A stretch of DNA of 64,000 nt from an uncultured Candidatus Saccharibacteria bacterium. GTDB lineage: Bacteria; Patescibacteriota; UBA1384; XYA2-FULL-43-10; CAINNR01. The position numbers and the translations under genes were made by a program. Positions 34,693 to 43,342 of the stretch are shown in pieces. Below the pieces are notes generated by a model, which saw only the letters and a list, made by a program, of their open reading frames with translations, did not search any database and had not been told where the DNA came from. The DNA lies in assembly GCA_964626415.1 (NCBI GenBank), contig CAZVFH010000001.1, positions 400 to 64,399 on the forward strand, read 5' to 3'. Position 1 is the stretch's first letter, and every line of letters begins with the position of its first letter.

Positions 34693-34917
34693 ATGACAGA
34701 TAAAAATGTAATCCTAGTTGAAGGCACGGTCGAAGAGTCATTGCCTAATTCTTCTTTTTATGTTATTATAACTTCTGGTCAAAAAGTTTTGGCTTTTCTT
34801 TCTGGCAGAATGAGACAAAATCACATTAAAGTTATGCCCGGGGACAAAGTTAAAATCGAATTGACGCCTTATGATTTAACAAAAGGGAGAATTATCACTA
34901 GAGAAAAAACCTTCTAA
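34693..34917 (+). CDS. infA: Translation initiation factor IF-1
   Basis: 74 aa with S1-like fold: ..VEGTVEESLPNSSFYV..GRMRQNHIKVMPGDKVKIELTPYDLTKGRIITR. Confidence 0.93.
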   Translation: MTDKNVILVEGTVEESLPNSSFYVIITSGQKVLAFLSGRMRQNHIKVMPGDKVKIELTPYDLTKGRIITREKTF

Positions 34918-34961
34918 AAAAATAATTTCAAGATGTCTTTTTTTTATTTATATAGTAAATA

Positions 34962-35109
34962 CATGAAAGTTAGACCATCGGTAAAAAAAATCTGCAGCAA
35001 GTGCAAAATCATCAGCCGAAGAAAGAAGGGATCATCAACCAGTCCAACATTTCATCGGACGGTTTTGAATATCTGCCCGAATCCAAAGCATAAGCAAAGG
35101 CAAGGATAA
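34962..35109 (+). pseudogene. rpmJ: 50S ribosomal protein L36 gene, out of frame as assembled (1-nt excess in the A8 run at 34983-34990)
   Basis: ATG frame gives MKVRPSGKKNLQQ.. and stops at 35091-35093. The +1 frame gives ..[42 protein letters not shown], ending 35107-35109. Removing one A gives MKVRPSGKKICSKC.. Confidence 0.75.
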
Positions 35110-35111
35110 AT

Positions 35112-35495
35112 ATGGCAAGAATTGCTGGAATTGAAATTCCAAACAATAAACGAATCGAAATTGGCCTGACATATATTTTTGGCGTCGGACTTTCAACTAG
35201 TAAAAAAATCTTAAAAAATGCAAAGATTGATTCCAACACTTTGGTTTCAAAATTGTCTCCAGTGGAAATTGAAACGATACGCAGGGAAATTGCAAAATAC
35301 CGAATCGAAGGTGATTTAAGAACGGAAATAAATCAAAATATCAAACGATTAAAAGAAATTGGCACATATCGCGGCCATAGACATTCACGATCACTGCCTG
35401 TTCGAGGACAACGAACAAAAACCAATGCCAGAACCAAAAGAGGCAAAAAAGTCACAGTCGGTAGCGGACGAAAGAAAGCAGCCGAAAAAACCTAA
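35112..35495 (+). CDS. rpsM: 30S ribosomal protein S13
   Basis: [26 protein letters not shown]. Confidence 0.96.
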   Translation: MARIAGIEIPNNKRIEIGLTYIFGVGLSTSKKILKNAKIDSNTLVSKLSPVEIETIRREIAKYRIEGDLRTEINQNIKRLKEIGTYRGHRHSRSLPVRGQRTKTNARTKRGKKVTVGSGRKKAAEKT

Positions 35496-35497
35496 AC

Positions 35498-35618
35498 CAC
35501 GCTGATCTTTCACGCTGATGGAACGCTGATACGTTTCATCAGCGAAAATCCGTGTTAAAAATCAGTGTAAGAATATTCCATTATCAATATTAAGTCAGTG
35601 TTAAAAAGTCAGTGTTAG
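35498..35618. repeat. Array of ACGCTGAT / ATCAGCG / (A/G)TCAGTG heptamer words (rpsM-rpsK spacer)
   Basis: 3 x ACGCTGAT, then ATCAGCG, ATCAGTG and 2 x GTCAGTGTTA. Confidence 0.7.
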
Positions 35619-35621
35619 TAT

Positions 35622-36008
35622 ATGGCAACAAAACAAACCAAAAAGAAAAAAAATCTAACCCCGGTCTATTCCGGTTTAGTTTATATTCAATCATCATTCA
35701 ACAACACTATTGTCACCATAGCCGATGAAACTGGAAATGTTATTGCTTGGGCTTCCTCTGGCTCAATTGGGTTCAAGGGCTCAAAGAAATCAACTCCATA
35801 TGCCGCTTCTCTTGCAACTTCGGCTGCTATTGAGAAGGCAAAAATTAGAGGCCTTAAAAAAGTTCAAATTTTCATTTCCGGTGTCGGTAGCGGCCGTGAT
35901 TCTGCCGTCAGGGCCTTTCAAAACGCTAATATTGATGTCGAAATAATTAAAGATATAACACCTGTTCCACACAATGGTTGCAGAAGGAAAAAAGTCCGCA
36001 GAGTGTAA
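35622..36008 (+). CDS. rpsK: 30S ribosomal protein S11
   Basis: ..SSFNNTIVTIADETGNVIAWASSGSIGFKGSKKSTPYAA.. Confidence 0.95.
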   Translation: MATKQTKKKKNLTPVYSGLVYIQSSFNNTIVTIADETGNVIAWASSGSIGFKGSKKSTPYAASLATSAAIEKAKIRGLKKVQIFISGVGSGRDSAVRAFQNANIDVEIIKDITPVPHNGCRRKKVRRV

Positions 36009-36018
36009 TAATAAACTT

Positions 36019-36609
36019 ATGGAAAAAAAATGTCGAAAATGTCGAAAAGAGGGCATTAAGCTAATGTTGAAAGGCGAACGTTGTTCTTCGCCTAAATGTG
36101 CCATTGTTAACAGAAATTATAAGCCGGGCCAGCATGGTCCCGGTGGTTTTTCCAAACTTTCTGAATATGGCAAGCAGCTAAGAGAGAAACAAAAACTTAA
36201 AAGAATATATGGCATTTCGGAAACGCAACTTAAGAATTACTACGCCCTAGCAAATAAAAAAAATGGAAGCACAAGTGAGAATCTAATAATTTTCCTTGAA
36301 ACCAGGCTCGATAGTATTATATACGGACTAGGAATTGGAAAATCACGAAGATCTGCAAGACAAATTGTTAATCACAAGTTTTTAAAACAAAATGGCAAAA
36401 ATATAAACATACCCTCCGCCCGAGTGTCCCAAAATGACAAGATTACTGTCAGTAATGTTAATTTTTTAAAAGATATTAGTGAAAATAGTTTGAACTGGGT
36501 ATCATTTGATAAAAAAACCAGAGAAATCTGGATCAAAAAAATGCCAAGTATTGAAGATATTGATCTTCCTTGTGATATAAATTTAATAATTGAGTATTAT
36601 TCGCGCTAA
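36019..36609 (+). CDS. rpsD: 30S ribosomal protein S4 (Zn-ribbon N-terminus)
   Basis: MEKKCRKCRKEG..CSSPKC..; ..SEYGKQLREKQKLKRIYG. S4 domain present. Confidence 0.93.
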   Translation: MEKKCRKCRKEGIKLMLKGERCSSPKCAIVNRNYKPGQHGPGGFSKLSEYGKQLREKQKLKRIYGISETQLKNYYALANKKNGSTSENLIIFLETRLDSIIYGLGIGKSRRSARQIVNHKFLKQNGKNINIPSARVSQNDKITVSNVNFLKDISENSLNWVSFDKKTREIWIKKMPSIEDIDLPCDINLIIEYYSR

Positions 36610-36624
36610 AAAGAAGGAGAAAAA

Positions 36625-37569
36625 ATGATTAATGAAAATGAAATCCCAAAAGTTATCGAAGACAAAATTTCCGACAACTGCTCAAAATTTGTCATTGAGC
36701 CGCTTTACCCCGGTTACGGTTCAACTATTGGAAACGCCCTGCGGCGCGTTCTTTTGTCCTCTCTTTCAGGGGTCGCGATTACTTATGTCAAGCTTGATGA
36801 AGTAACTCATGAATTTTCCACCATTCCCCATGTTAAGGAAGATATGATGGAGATTATTATGAATTTGCGTCAAATTGTTTTTAAATCTCAGACAAAAGAG
36901 CCGGTAACCATAGAACTTACAGCAAAAGGGGCAAAAAATATTACCGCCGCAGATTTCAAGCCAAACTCAAAGATTGAGATACTAAACCCTGATCAGAAAA
37001 TCGCAACACTTGACAACAAGGCGACATTTAATCTTGAAGTTACCATTGAAAACGGCAGGGGGTTTCAGCCATCTGAAGATAAATCCGTAGACAATTTATC
37101 AATAGGAAAAATTGCTATCGATTCAGTTTTTTCACCGGTAAAACTTGTAAATTTTCATATAGACCGAGCCCGTGTTGGAAAAATGACTAACTATGATAAA
37201 ATTGAGCTTGAAATCAGAACAAATGGTACTGTAACGCCAAAAGAGGCTTTAACTTTTGCTGGAAAAATTCTTGTCGAGTACTTCAGTTTTATCGGAAGCG
37301 GTAAGTCATACGATTTTAATTCTGAACCAGAAATATCAGAACTAATCGGAACAAACACTCAAAGCTCGCAGATTGAAGATATTTCTTGTATTGATCCAAA
37401 AACCAAAATTGAAGAAATCAATCTCTCTGCAAGAACTGTAAATTCATTAGTTAATTCTGGAATTCGAACCATCGCTGGACTCAAACGACTTTCTGATCTT
37501 AAAATATCTGAAATCAAAGGACTTGGGAAAAAAGGATTTCTGGAAATTAAAGAGCTCTTGGGAAGATAA
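36625..37569 (+). CDS. rpoA: DNA-directed RNA polymerase subunit alpha
   Basis: 314 aa. ..FVIEPLYPGYGSTIGNALRRVLLSSL.. and C-terminal HhH ..LSARTVNSLVNSGIRTIAGL. Confidence 0.95.
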   Translation: MINENEIPKVIEDKISDNCSKFVIEPLYPGYGSTIGNALRRVLLSSLSGVAITYVKLDEVTHEFSTIPHVKEDMMEIIMNLRQIVFKSQTKEPVTIELTAKGAKNITAADFKPNSKIEILNPDQKIATLDNKATFNLEVTIENGRGFQPSEDKSVDNLSIGKIAIDSVFSPVKLVNFHIDRARVGKMTNYDKIELEIRTNGTVTPKEALTFAGKILVEYFSFIGSGKSYDFNSEPEISELIGTNTQSSQIEDISCIDPKTKIEEINLSARTVNSLVNSGIRTIAGLKRLSDLKISEIKGLGKKGFLEIKELLGR

Positions 37570-37571
37570 TT

Positions 37572-38096
37572 ATGACAACAAAACTTGGAAGAAAAATTGG
37601 ACACCGAAGATCGTTGTTAAGAAATCTAGCAACTTCATTAGTATTGTACGAAAAAGTTGATACTACTCTGGCTAAGGCAAAAGCCGTAAAACCAATAATC
37701 GATCGAATGATCACTTTATCCAAGTCCAATAGTTTATCTTCATATCGCCATAATCTTTCCTTCTTTTTCGATATAAACGTTTCAAAGAAAATTCGAGACG
37801 AACTTACAAAACGCTATGAAAAAAGAATGAGTGGATTTACAAAAATTTACCACACAGGTAACCGGCTTGGTGACAATGCAAAAATGGCCCGAATCGAACT
37901 AGTTGACAGAAAAGTATTTTCTCTAAAACCGCAAAAAACAACAGCTGACGACAAAGAAAAAGAAATCAAAAAAACGCCTTTGGAAAAAATTTCCAAAAAA
38001 TTTAATAAATTTGAAGATCAGGCAAAAACGGAAATTAAAAAAGGTGTTGTAACTAAAATTAGAACCAATACCAGACAAAAGATAGGTGACAAATGA
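37572..38096 (+). CDS. rplQ: 50S ribosomal protein L17 (long C-terminal extension)
   Basis: GRKIGHRRSLLRNLATSLVLYEKVDTTLAKAKAVKP. Confidence 0.92.
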   Translation: MTTKLGRKIGHRRSLLRNLATSLVLYEKVDTTLAKAKAVKPIIDRMITLSKSNSLSSYRHNLSFFFDINVSKKIRDELTKRYEKRMSGFTKIYHTGNRLGDNAKMARIELVDRKVFSLKPQKTTADDKEKEIKKTPLEKISKKFNKFEDQAKTEIKKGVVTKIRTNTRQKIGDK

Positions 38097-38485
38097 CAAA
38101 AATCAGCAACAATATTTATCTGTTTGACGCAAGCGAAAAACCGCTTGGGCGCTTTGCGAGTAAAGCGGCTGGAATTTTGCGGGGAAAAAATTTAGTTGAT
38201 TTTGCTCCAAACCATGTTCCTGATAATATCGTAGTAATCATTAACGCCAATAAGGTTTTTTTAACTGGTCGTAAAGAAGAATCAAAGCAATACTTTCATC
38301 ATACGAATCACCCTGGGGGGATAAAATCGAGAAGTTTTTCCGTACTTAAGAAAAATTCACCGGAGGAGATTATCAAATTAGCAATAAGGCGAATGTTGCC
38401 AAACAATCGCTTAACTTCGGATCTGATGAAAAACTTAAAAATCTTCTCCGGAGTTGATCATCCTTACAAAGAAATAAATAAATAA
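38093..38485 (+). CDS. rplM: 50S ribosomal protein L13
   Basis: ..DASEKPLGRFASKAAGILRGKN..VVIINA..HHTNHPGG. Confidence 0.92.
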   Translation: MTKISNNIYLFDASEKPLGRFASKAAGILRGKNLVDFAPNHVPDNIVVIINANKVFLTGRKEESKQYFHHTNHPGGIKSRSFSVLKKNSPEEIIKLAIRRMLPNNRLTSDLMKNLKIFSGVDHPYKEINK

Positions 38486-38492
38486 TATCCAA

Positions 38493-38879
38493 ATGATTGA
38501 AAAAGAACCAAAAGTAAAATATTTCTATGGCACCGGACGACGCAAAACCTCTGTTGCGCGAGTCCGGGTTTTTCCAGGCAGTGGAAATATTATGCTTAAT
38601 TCTAAAAAAGTCGAACTTTCAAAAACAACACTGATGCCGCTGTCGCTTGTTAGTAAATTGGAATCAATAGACCTCTCAATAGTAACTTCTGGCGGAGGAA
38701 AAACCGGGCAAGAGATCGCAATGCGACATGGTATTTCAAGAGCACTTGTTGTAATGAACCCAGAATATCGCCCGACTTTAAAAAAAGCCGGATTCCTCAC
38801 TCGCGACCCGAGAGAAGTCGAAAGAAAGAAACCAGGACTGAAAAAAGCACGTCGCGCTCCACAGTGGTCGAAACGTTAA
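38493..38879 (+). CDS. rpsI: 30S ribosomal protein S9
   Basis: YGTGRRKTSVARVRV ... RKKPGLKKARRAPQWSKR*. Confidence 0.95.
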   Translation: MIEKEPKVKYFYGTGRRKTSVARVRVFPGSGNIMLNSKKVELSKTTLMPLSLVSKLESIDLSIVTSGGGKTGQEIAMRHGISRALVVMNPEYRPTLKKAGFLTRDPREVERKKPGLKKARRAPQWSKR

Positions 38880-38881
38880 AT

Positions 38882-39018
38882 TAACACTGATTTTTTTTCA
38901 CTGACTTAACACTGACGATTGTAAAATATTGAAGTAAAAACTTCCACAGATCTATTTTCACCGATAAACACAGATGATTCTATCAGTGACGATCTGTGAC
39001 GATAGATCAGTGAGAGTT
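38882..39018. repeat. Array of CACTGA(T/C) and CACAGAT words followed by their complements ATCAGTG / ATCTGTG (rpsI-rbfA spacer)
   Basis: 3 x CACTGA, 2 x CACAGAT, then ATCAGTGAC, ATCTGTGAC, ATCAGTGAG. Confidence 0.7.
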
Positions 39019-39059
39019 TATACTTCCTTGTTTTATATCAGTAATTTCGTAGGTGAACT

Positions 39060-39332
39060 ATGTCCCGGAGAATAGAAAAAATTAACGAGCTAATTTTACA
39101 CAATCTTTCCGAGATTCTTTTTTTTGAGTATCCGGGAAATATGATTACTATTCTTTCAGTTTTCACTTCTCCTGATCTTTCAAGTGCAAAGATTTTTGTT
39201 AACCTATCCGATTCAATCTTAAAATTCGAAACATTAAACGCAAACACAAAGCATCTGCGCTATATTCTGGCACAAAAAATTTCTCTCCGCAAAACCCCAG
39301 AGTTAATATTTATTGATTGTAGTGAAAAATAA
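39060..39332 (+). CDS. rbfA: Ribosome-binding factor A (short)
   Basis: MSRRIEKINELILHNLSEIL..ITILSVFTSPDLSSAKIFV..LRKTPELIF. Confidence 0.8.
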   Translation: MSRRIEKINELILHNLSEILFFEYPGNMITILSVFTSPDLSSAKIFVNLSDSILKFETLNANTKHLRYILAQKISLRKTPELIFIDCSEK

Positions 39333-39408
39333 ATAGTTATTGATTTGCAATTTAGCAACAATAAATGTATATTTACAGCAGGATCGGCGAAAACAATTAA
39401 AAAGTTTT

Positions 39409-40182
39409 ATGGAAGAATTTGATAAAAAAATTTACAACCGAAGAGCGATGAGTTCTGAGAAAGCCAGTGAAGTAAAAAGGGAGGGTCACGCCGCTGAATC
39501 AGAATTTGCCAAAATTATTGACGGAAAAATTTACTCCAGCGGTAGAAAAAAAGACGTTGTTGATAAAAAAGGTGATCTTCACTCCGTAAAAAGCGGCGAT
39601 CAAAAATGGCAGATTTTTTTATTTGGCGGTGCTAGGTTTCAAAAAGAAATTGATTTTCAAGCATCTGATTTATTGCTTGAATGCATAAAATGTTTTCCAA
39701 TAAAACGGGAAGATTATTTAAAAAATAAAGTGATATTCAAAAAGCGCCTCAGCAAAAAAATGAATGCGCTGAAAAAATATCTTTGCTCGGGACGTAATAA
39801 ATTAATATTTTTCAAAAAATCTTTTCTCAATAACGGCGAAGTGGACTATATTACTGTCAAAGAAGGTCGGATATTTCATGTATTTGACGGAGAAGAAGTA
39901 ATAAATTTACTCGATCATGCGACAGAAGTTGTAAATTCTACTGCTAGAAGAATCGATCAATTTGACAACCAAAAAGTTGTTTTTAAATTAAAAGGTGCTG
40001 AAACATTAGGTGAAGTTGAAATGAGAAATGATAGCGATATCCATTACAGGGAATTAAAATTTTGGGTCAGTCGACCAAAAATGTTGTCTCTTCTTATAGA
40101 AAATATTTTTCCATTAAAAAAGTGTTTTAATAATAGAATCTTTGTTTACGGTAAAGCAACAAAAAAATTTAAAGAACTATAA
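39409..40182 (+). CDS. Putative type II restriction endonuclease (PD-(D/E)xK-like), partner of the convergent LexA-Dam gene
   Basis: 257 aa from ATG 39409 (the track ORF opens at 39340). Has ..EGHAAESEFAKII.. then ..DVVDKKGDLHSVKSGDQKWQIFLFGG.. (D..D..SVK nuclease-like core). The 3' ends of the two genes overlap by 6 nt. Function is inferred mainly from context. Confidence 0.4.
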   Translation: MEEFDKKIYNRRAMSSEKASEVKREGHAAESEFAKIIDGKIYSSGRKKDVVDKKGDLHSVKSGDQKWQIFLFGGARFQKEIDFQASDLLLECIKCFPIKREDYLKNKVIFKKRLSKKMNALKKYLCSGRNKLIFFKKSFLNNGEVDYITVKEGRIFHVFDGEEVINLLDHATEVVNSTARRIDQFDNQKVVFKLKGAETLGEVEMRNDSDIHYRELKFWVSRPKMLSLLIENIFPLKKCFNNRIFVYGKATKKFKEL

Positions 40183-41712
40183 TTTTGGCGGACAATAAAT
40201 GATCAATTCATGGGACTCTTTTATGTGATTGTCTCCGTTTTTAATCCTGTTTTTGCCTATCCTTGTTTCACCTTGGCCCATTGTATACTGCCAAGTCGGG
40301 AAAAAATGGTCATAATCTTTATAGTAATCTAGTATTGTCGGGCAATTATTGTAAGATAATATAAATCCGCCTTTATGCTTTTTTAAAATATCTCTCAATT
40401 CTTCATGCGGAAAACCGTCGTGATGAACAGGAATATTTCTCATCGGATAAATTCCCCTAAACATTTTTGAGTCCGAACCGATATAATATGGCGGATCGCA
40501 ATACAAGAAATCGTTTTGGTGCTTTTTAAGAATATCTCTAAAATCAGCACATTTGACTTTTAAATTTCCCGGCTGAAAATCCCTAATTTTTTCAATCATT
40601 TTGATATATTTTTTTTGGTCTAAATAAATATCTGATGACCAACCCATAAACCCCGGGCCATATGATAAGTTAAAATTATAAACATAATATACGGCCAAAG
40701 TCAGAGGGTCGAGCTTTCTCTCGCCTCTCCAGACCTGATTCAAAATTTTGCGAATTTCCTCAAATTGTTTTTTGTTTGGTTTTAATAATTTTAATTTTTC
40801 GCAAAGTAATTGCGGATTTTCTATCTGGAAATTCCAATAGTTACATAAAATATCAAAAATATCATATCCGATAACTTCCAACCCCAAATATTTACTCATT
40901 GCAATTTCTATAGACCCGCCACCAAAAAATGGCGAGACAACTTTTTTGACTGACTCAGGTAAAAGTTCAATTACATGACCGACTGCCAAACTTTTTCCGC
41001 CGGCATATCTTATCGGTGAAAGTGCGACTCTTTTATATTTATTTTGACTTTCCGGATTTTTGCTTTTAATTTTTTCTAAAAATTCTTGTTTTCTTGTAGA
41101 TAATAAATTTTTATTACTATATTCTAAATTTCTGATAATTTTTACAACAACTCCTCTGATTTCAATTTCTTTAAAAAATAAAGGAAGCGTATTTTGATTG
41201 GCGGGCTGAAGTTTGATTAGATTTTTTTCCCGATAAAATTTTTTCAAAGTTGCTTCGTTTTCATTGACAATTGCAACAACGGTTTCTCCATTATCTGCAT
41301 ATGCTTGATTTTTTATCACGACAATATCTCCATTAAAAATTCCTTCCTCAATCATGCTGTCGCCTTTTACGCGGAGTGCGTAATAATTTGATGATGATGA
41401 AAGATCTTTTTGCGAAACAGCGACTGAAAATTCTTTTGTTTCAATTGCTTCAATCGGGAATCCAGCGGCAATAGTTCCGGAAATTGGGATATTGATAACA
41501 TTTTCTTGGTGAGTGGCATTTATTGCTCGCGGTTTATTTTCTTCTTTGTCAAGAAGTCCCATATTCTGCAAATTTGAAATATGAAAATGGGCGGTAGAAA
41601 CCGAAGAAAATTTAAATTTATTTTTTATTTCTTCCAAAGAAGGCGCGTAGTCGTGTTTATTTTGAAAAAAAATAATAAAATCAAGTATTTCTTTTTGTCG
41701 TTTTGAGATCAT
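40177..41712 (-). CDS. Fusion protein: full-length LexA (wHTH + S24 autopeptidase) joined to a Dam-class (alpha, D12) N6-adenine DNA methyltransferase
   Basis: 511 aa from MISKRQKEIL (GGAGGG SD). LexA cleavage site IAAGFPI, Ser motif VKGDSM, Lys motif EATLKKF. Then SPIRYAGGKS, SPFFGGGSIE (motif I) and LYCDPPYY (motif IV), all in one uninterrupted ORF. Confidence 0.8.
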   Translation of the reverse strand: MISKRQKEILDFIIFFQNKHDYAPSLEEIKNKFKFSSVSTAHFHISNLQNMGLLDKEENKPRAINATHQENVINIPISGTIAAGFPIEAIETKEFSVAVSQKDLSSSSNYYALRVKGDSMIEEGIFNGDIVVIKNQAYADNGETVVAIVNENEATLKKFYREKNLIKLQPANQNTLPLFFKEIEIRGVVVKIIRNLEYSNKNLLSTRKQEFLEKIKSKNPESQNKYKRVALSPIRYAGGKSLAVGHVIELLPESVKKVVSPFFGGGSIEIAMSKYLGLEVIGYDIFDILCNYWNFQIENPQLLCEKLKLLKPNKKQFEEIRKILNQVWRGERKLDPLTLAVYYVYNFNLSYGPGFMGWSSDIYLDQKKYIKMIEKIRDFQPGNLKVKCADFRDILKKHQNDFLYCDPPYYIGSDSKMFRGIYPMRNIPVHHDGFPHEELRDILKKHKGGFILSYNNCPTILDYYKDYDHFFPTWQYTMGQGETRIGKNRIKNGDNHIKESHELIIYCPPKL

Positions 41713-42049
41713 AATTTCCCTCCATTTATTTTCCATTTTAACTAATTATATCACAACAACTGGAAAATAAATAGAAAATAACAAGTTATATATTTTGTCA
41801 GTTCGGTATTGAATAATTTCTTATTCTAATTCAAATGATATTGACAAAAAGAATTAAATTATAATACAATATGAATGCCAGTAAAGGCAGGAAGGTTTGA
41901 TCAACCTTCGACTAAACTCGATTCCATCGTGTTAAATGGTCGACACAACTGCGTAATAAAGGATAGTGTCTAATAGGTGTTTTGCAAGCTATAAGTCCAA
42001 TTCCTTCCGGAGAAGTTGGCCCGCTGAACAGAGCCCGAAAAAGCACTAG

Positions 42050-42078
42050 AAAAACCCTTCGCGCGCGGAGGGTTTTTC
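42050..42078 (+). terminator. Strong intrinsic terminator inside the rmuC leader (ACCCTTCG-CGCG-CGGAGGGT + T5)
   Basis: 8-bp GC-rich stem, 4-nt loop and a T-run at 42073-42077. Lies 36 nt upstream of the rmuC ATG. Confidence 0.65.
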
Positions 42079-42113
42079 GTGAGGTTAATATAAATTATAA
42101 CATGGAGGAAATC

Positions 42114-43232
42114 ATGAACACATTATTAATAATAATCGTTGTTGTGTTGTTGTTTATCGCGCTTTATTTGTGGCAAAAAAATCAAAAGCCGGATATAAAA
42201 AATGAAATTGAAGACAAAATCGCGAAAGTTGCCAGTGAAGCTTTAAAAAGTAATTCGGAACAATTTATAACCTTGGCTAAAGAAATCCTGGGGTCAGAAA
42301 AAAAAGAAATCAAAACAGAATTGGAGGGAAAAAAATTATTGATAAATGAATTAGTAAAAGAGATCCGTGAAGATATTAGAAAAAATGAGAATAGAGTGCG
42401 ACAAAGTGATGATGATAGAATTAAATCCTACTCCTCCTTAAAACAAGAATTGGAAAGTTACAAACAAGTAACTGGCGAATTAAAATTAAGTACCGAAAAG
42501 TTAAAAAGTCTTCTTTCAAATAATCAATTGAGGGGCGCATTTGGGGAACAAATTGCAGAAAATTTGCTTAAAATGTCAGGGTTTGTTATTGGACAGGATT
42601 ATTTTAAAAATACCTCACAATCCGATGAAGGAACTCGTCCGGATTTTACGATTTTACTTCCAGATAAAACAAAAATTAATGTTGACGCAAAGTTCCCGTA
42701 TGCGTCTCTTGTAAAATCGATTGAAGCCCAAGATACCGAAGAAAAGAAAAAACATTTTACTAACTTTAAACAAGATGTGAAAGAAAAAATCAAACAAGTT
42801 TGCACCAGAAATTATATTAATCCTGAAGAAAAAACCGTTGATTTTGTTATCCTTTTTATTCCAAATGAAATGATTTTCAGTTACATTTATGAAAACATGA
42901 ACGAAATTTGGGAAGAGGGTATGAGGAAAAAAGTTATACTCACTGGACCATTTAGCTTCACGGCTATTCTTAGAATGGTTAGACAAGCGCACACCAACTT
43001 TAGATACCAGGAAAATTTACACCATATAGTTGGTCTAGTCCAAAAATTTGATGAGGAGTACCAAAAGTATTCTGGAGCTGTAGATGTTTTGGGTGATAGA
43101 ATTATTTCGGCTCAAAAACAATTTGATCACGTATCCAACACTAGGAGTCGGCAATTGACAACCGTAGTAGATAAAATAAAAAACCAAAGTTTAATCGAAG
43201 AGAAAAAGCCTGAAAAACTCATAGAGGACTAA
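42114..43232 (+). CDS. rmuC: DNA recombination protein RmuC
   Basis: Start MNTLLIIIVVVLLF (GGAGGA SD). N-terminal TM, long coiled coil, and nuclease-like core ..RPDFTILLPDKTKINVDAKFPYASL.. Confidence 0.85.
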   Translation: MNTLLIIIVVVLLFIALYLWQKNQKPDIKNEIEDKIAKVASEALKSNSEQFITLAKEILGSEKKEIKTELEGKKLLINELVKEIREDIRKNENRVRQSDDDRIKSYSSLKQELESYKQVTGELKLSTEKLKSLLSNNQLRGAFGEQIAENLLKMSGFVIGQDYFKNTSQSDEGTRPDFTILLPDKTKINVDAKFPYASLVKSIEAQDTEEKKKHFTNFKQDVKEKIKQVCTRNYINPEEKTVDFVILFIPNEMIFSYIYENMNEIWEEGMRKKVILTGPFSFTAILRMVRQAHTNFRYQENLHHIVGLVQKFDEEYQKYSGAVDVLGDRIISAQKQFDHVSNTRSRQLTTVVDKIKNQSLIEEKKPEKLIED

Positions 43233-43342
43233 TTTGTAAAATTATCAGAAATTATGTCTGAAAAAATTGTCATTTCACTCTGACAACGGCATTTTTGCCT
43301 TTTTCTTTAATTTTGCAACTATTTCTGCTACAATTACAATGT

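Noticed and set aside
34963-34965. Alternative genetic code (TGA as sense, code 4/25) to rescue the rpmJ reading frame
   Set aside because: Many well-supported genes in the window end at TGA (for example radC at 2611-2613 and rplD at 23254-23256). Reading through this TGA still gives no start codon in the L36 frame. Standard code 11 fits everywhere else.
35498-39018. CRISPR array hypothesis for the CACTGA/ACGCTGA repeat tracts
   Set aside because: The units are only about 7-8 nt with irregular spacing of a few nt, and inverted copies follow direct ones. There are no 25-40-nt repeats, no unique spacers and no cas genes.
41982-42113. Long N-terminal extension of RmuC (track ORF starts at TTG 41982); also SRP RNA, 6S RNA, TPP or preQ1 riboswitch identities for the leader
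   Set aside because: The extension reads through a strong terminator hairpin and is Arg/Pro-rich. The GGAGGA SD fits ATG 42114, just before the TM helix. The conserved cores of the named RNA families (SRP GGAA/AGCA loops, TPP CTGAGA, preQ1 tail) are not present.
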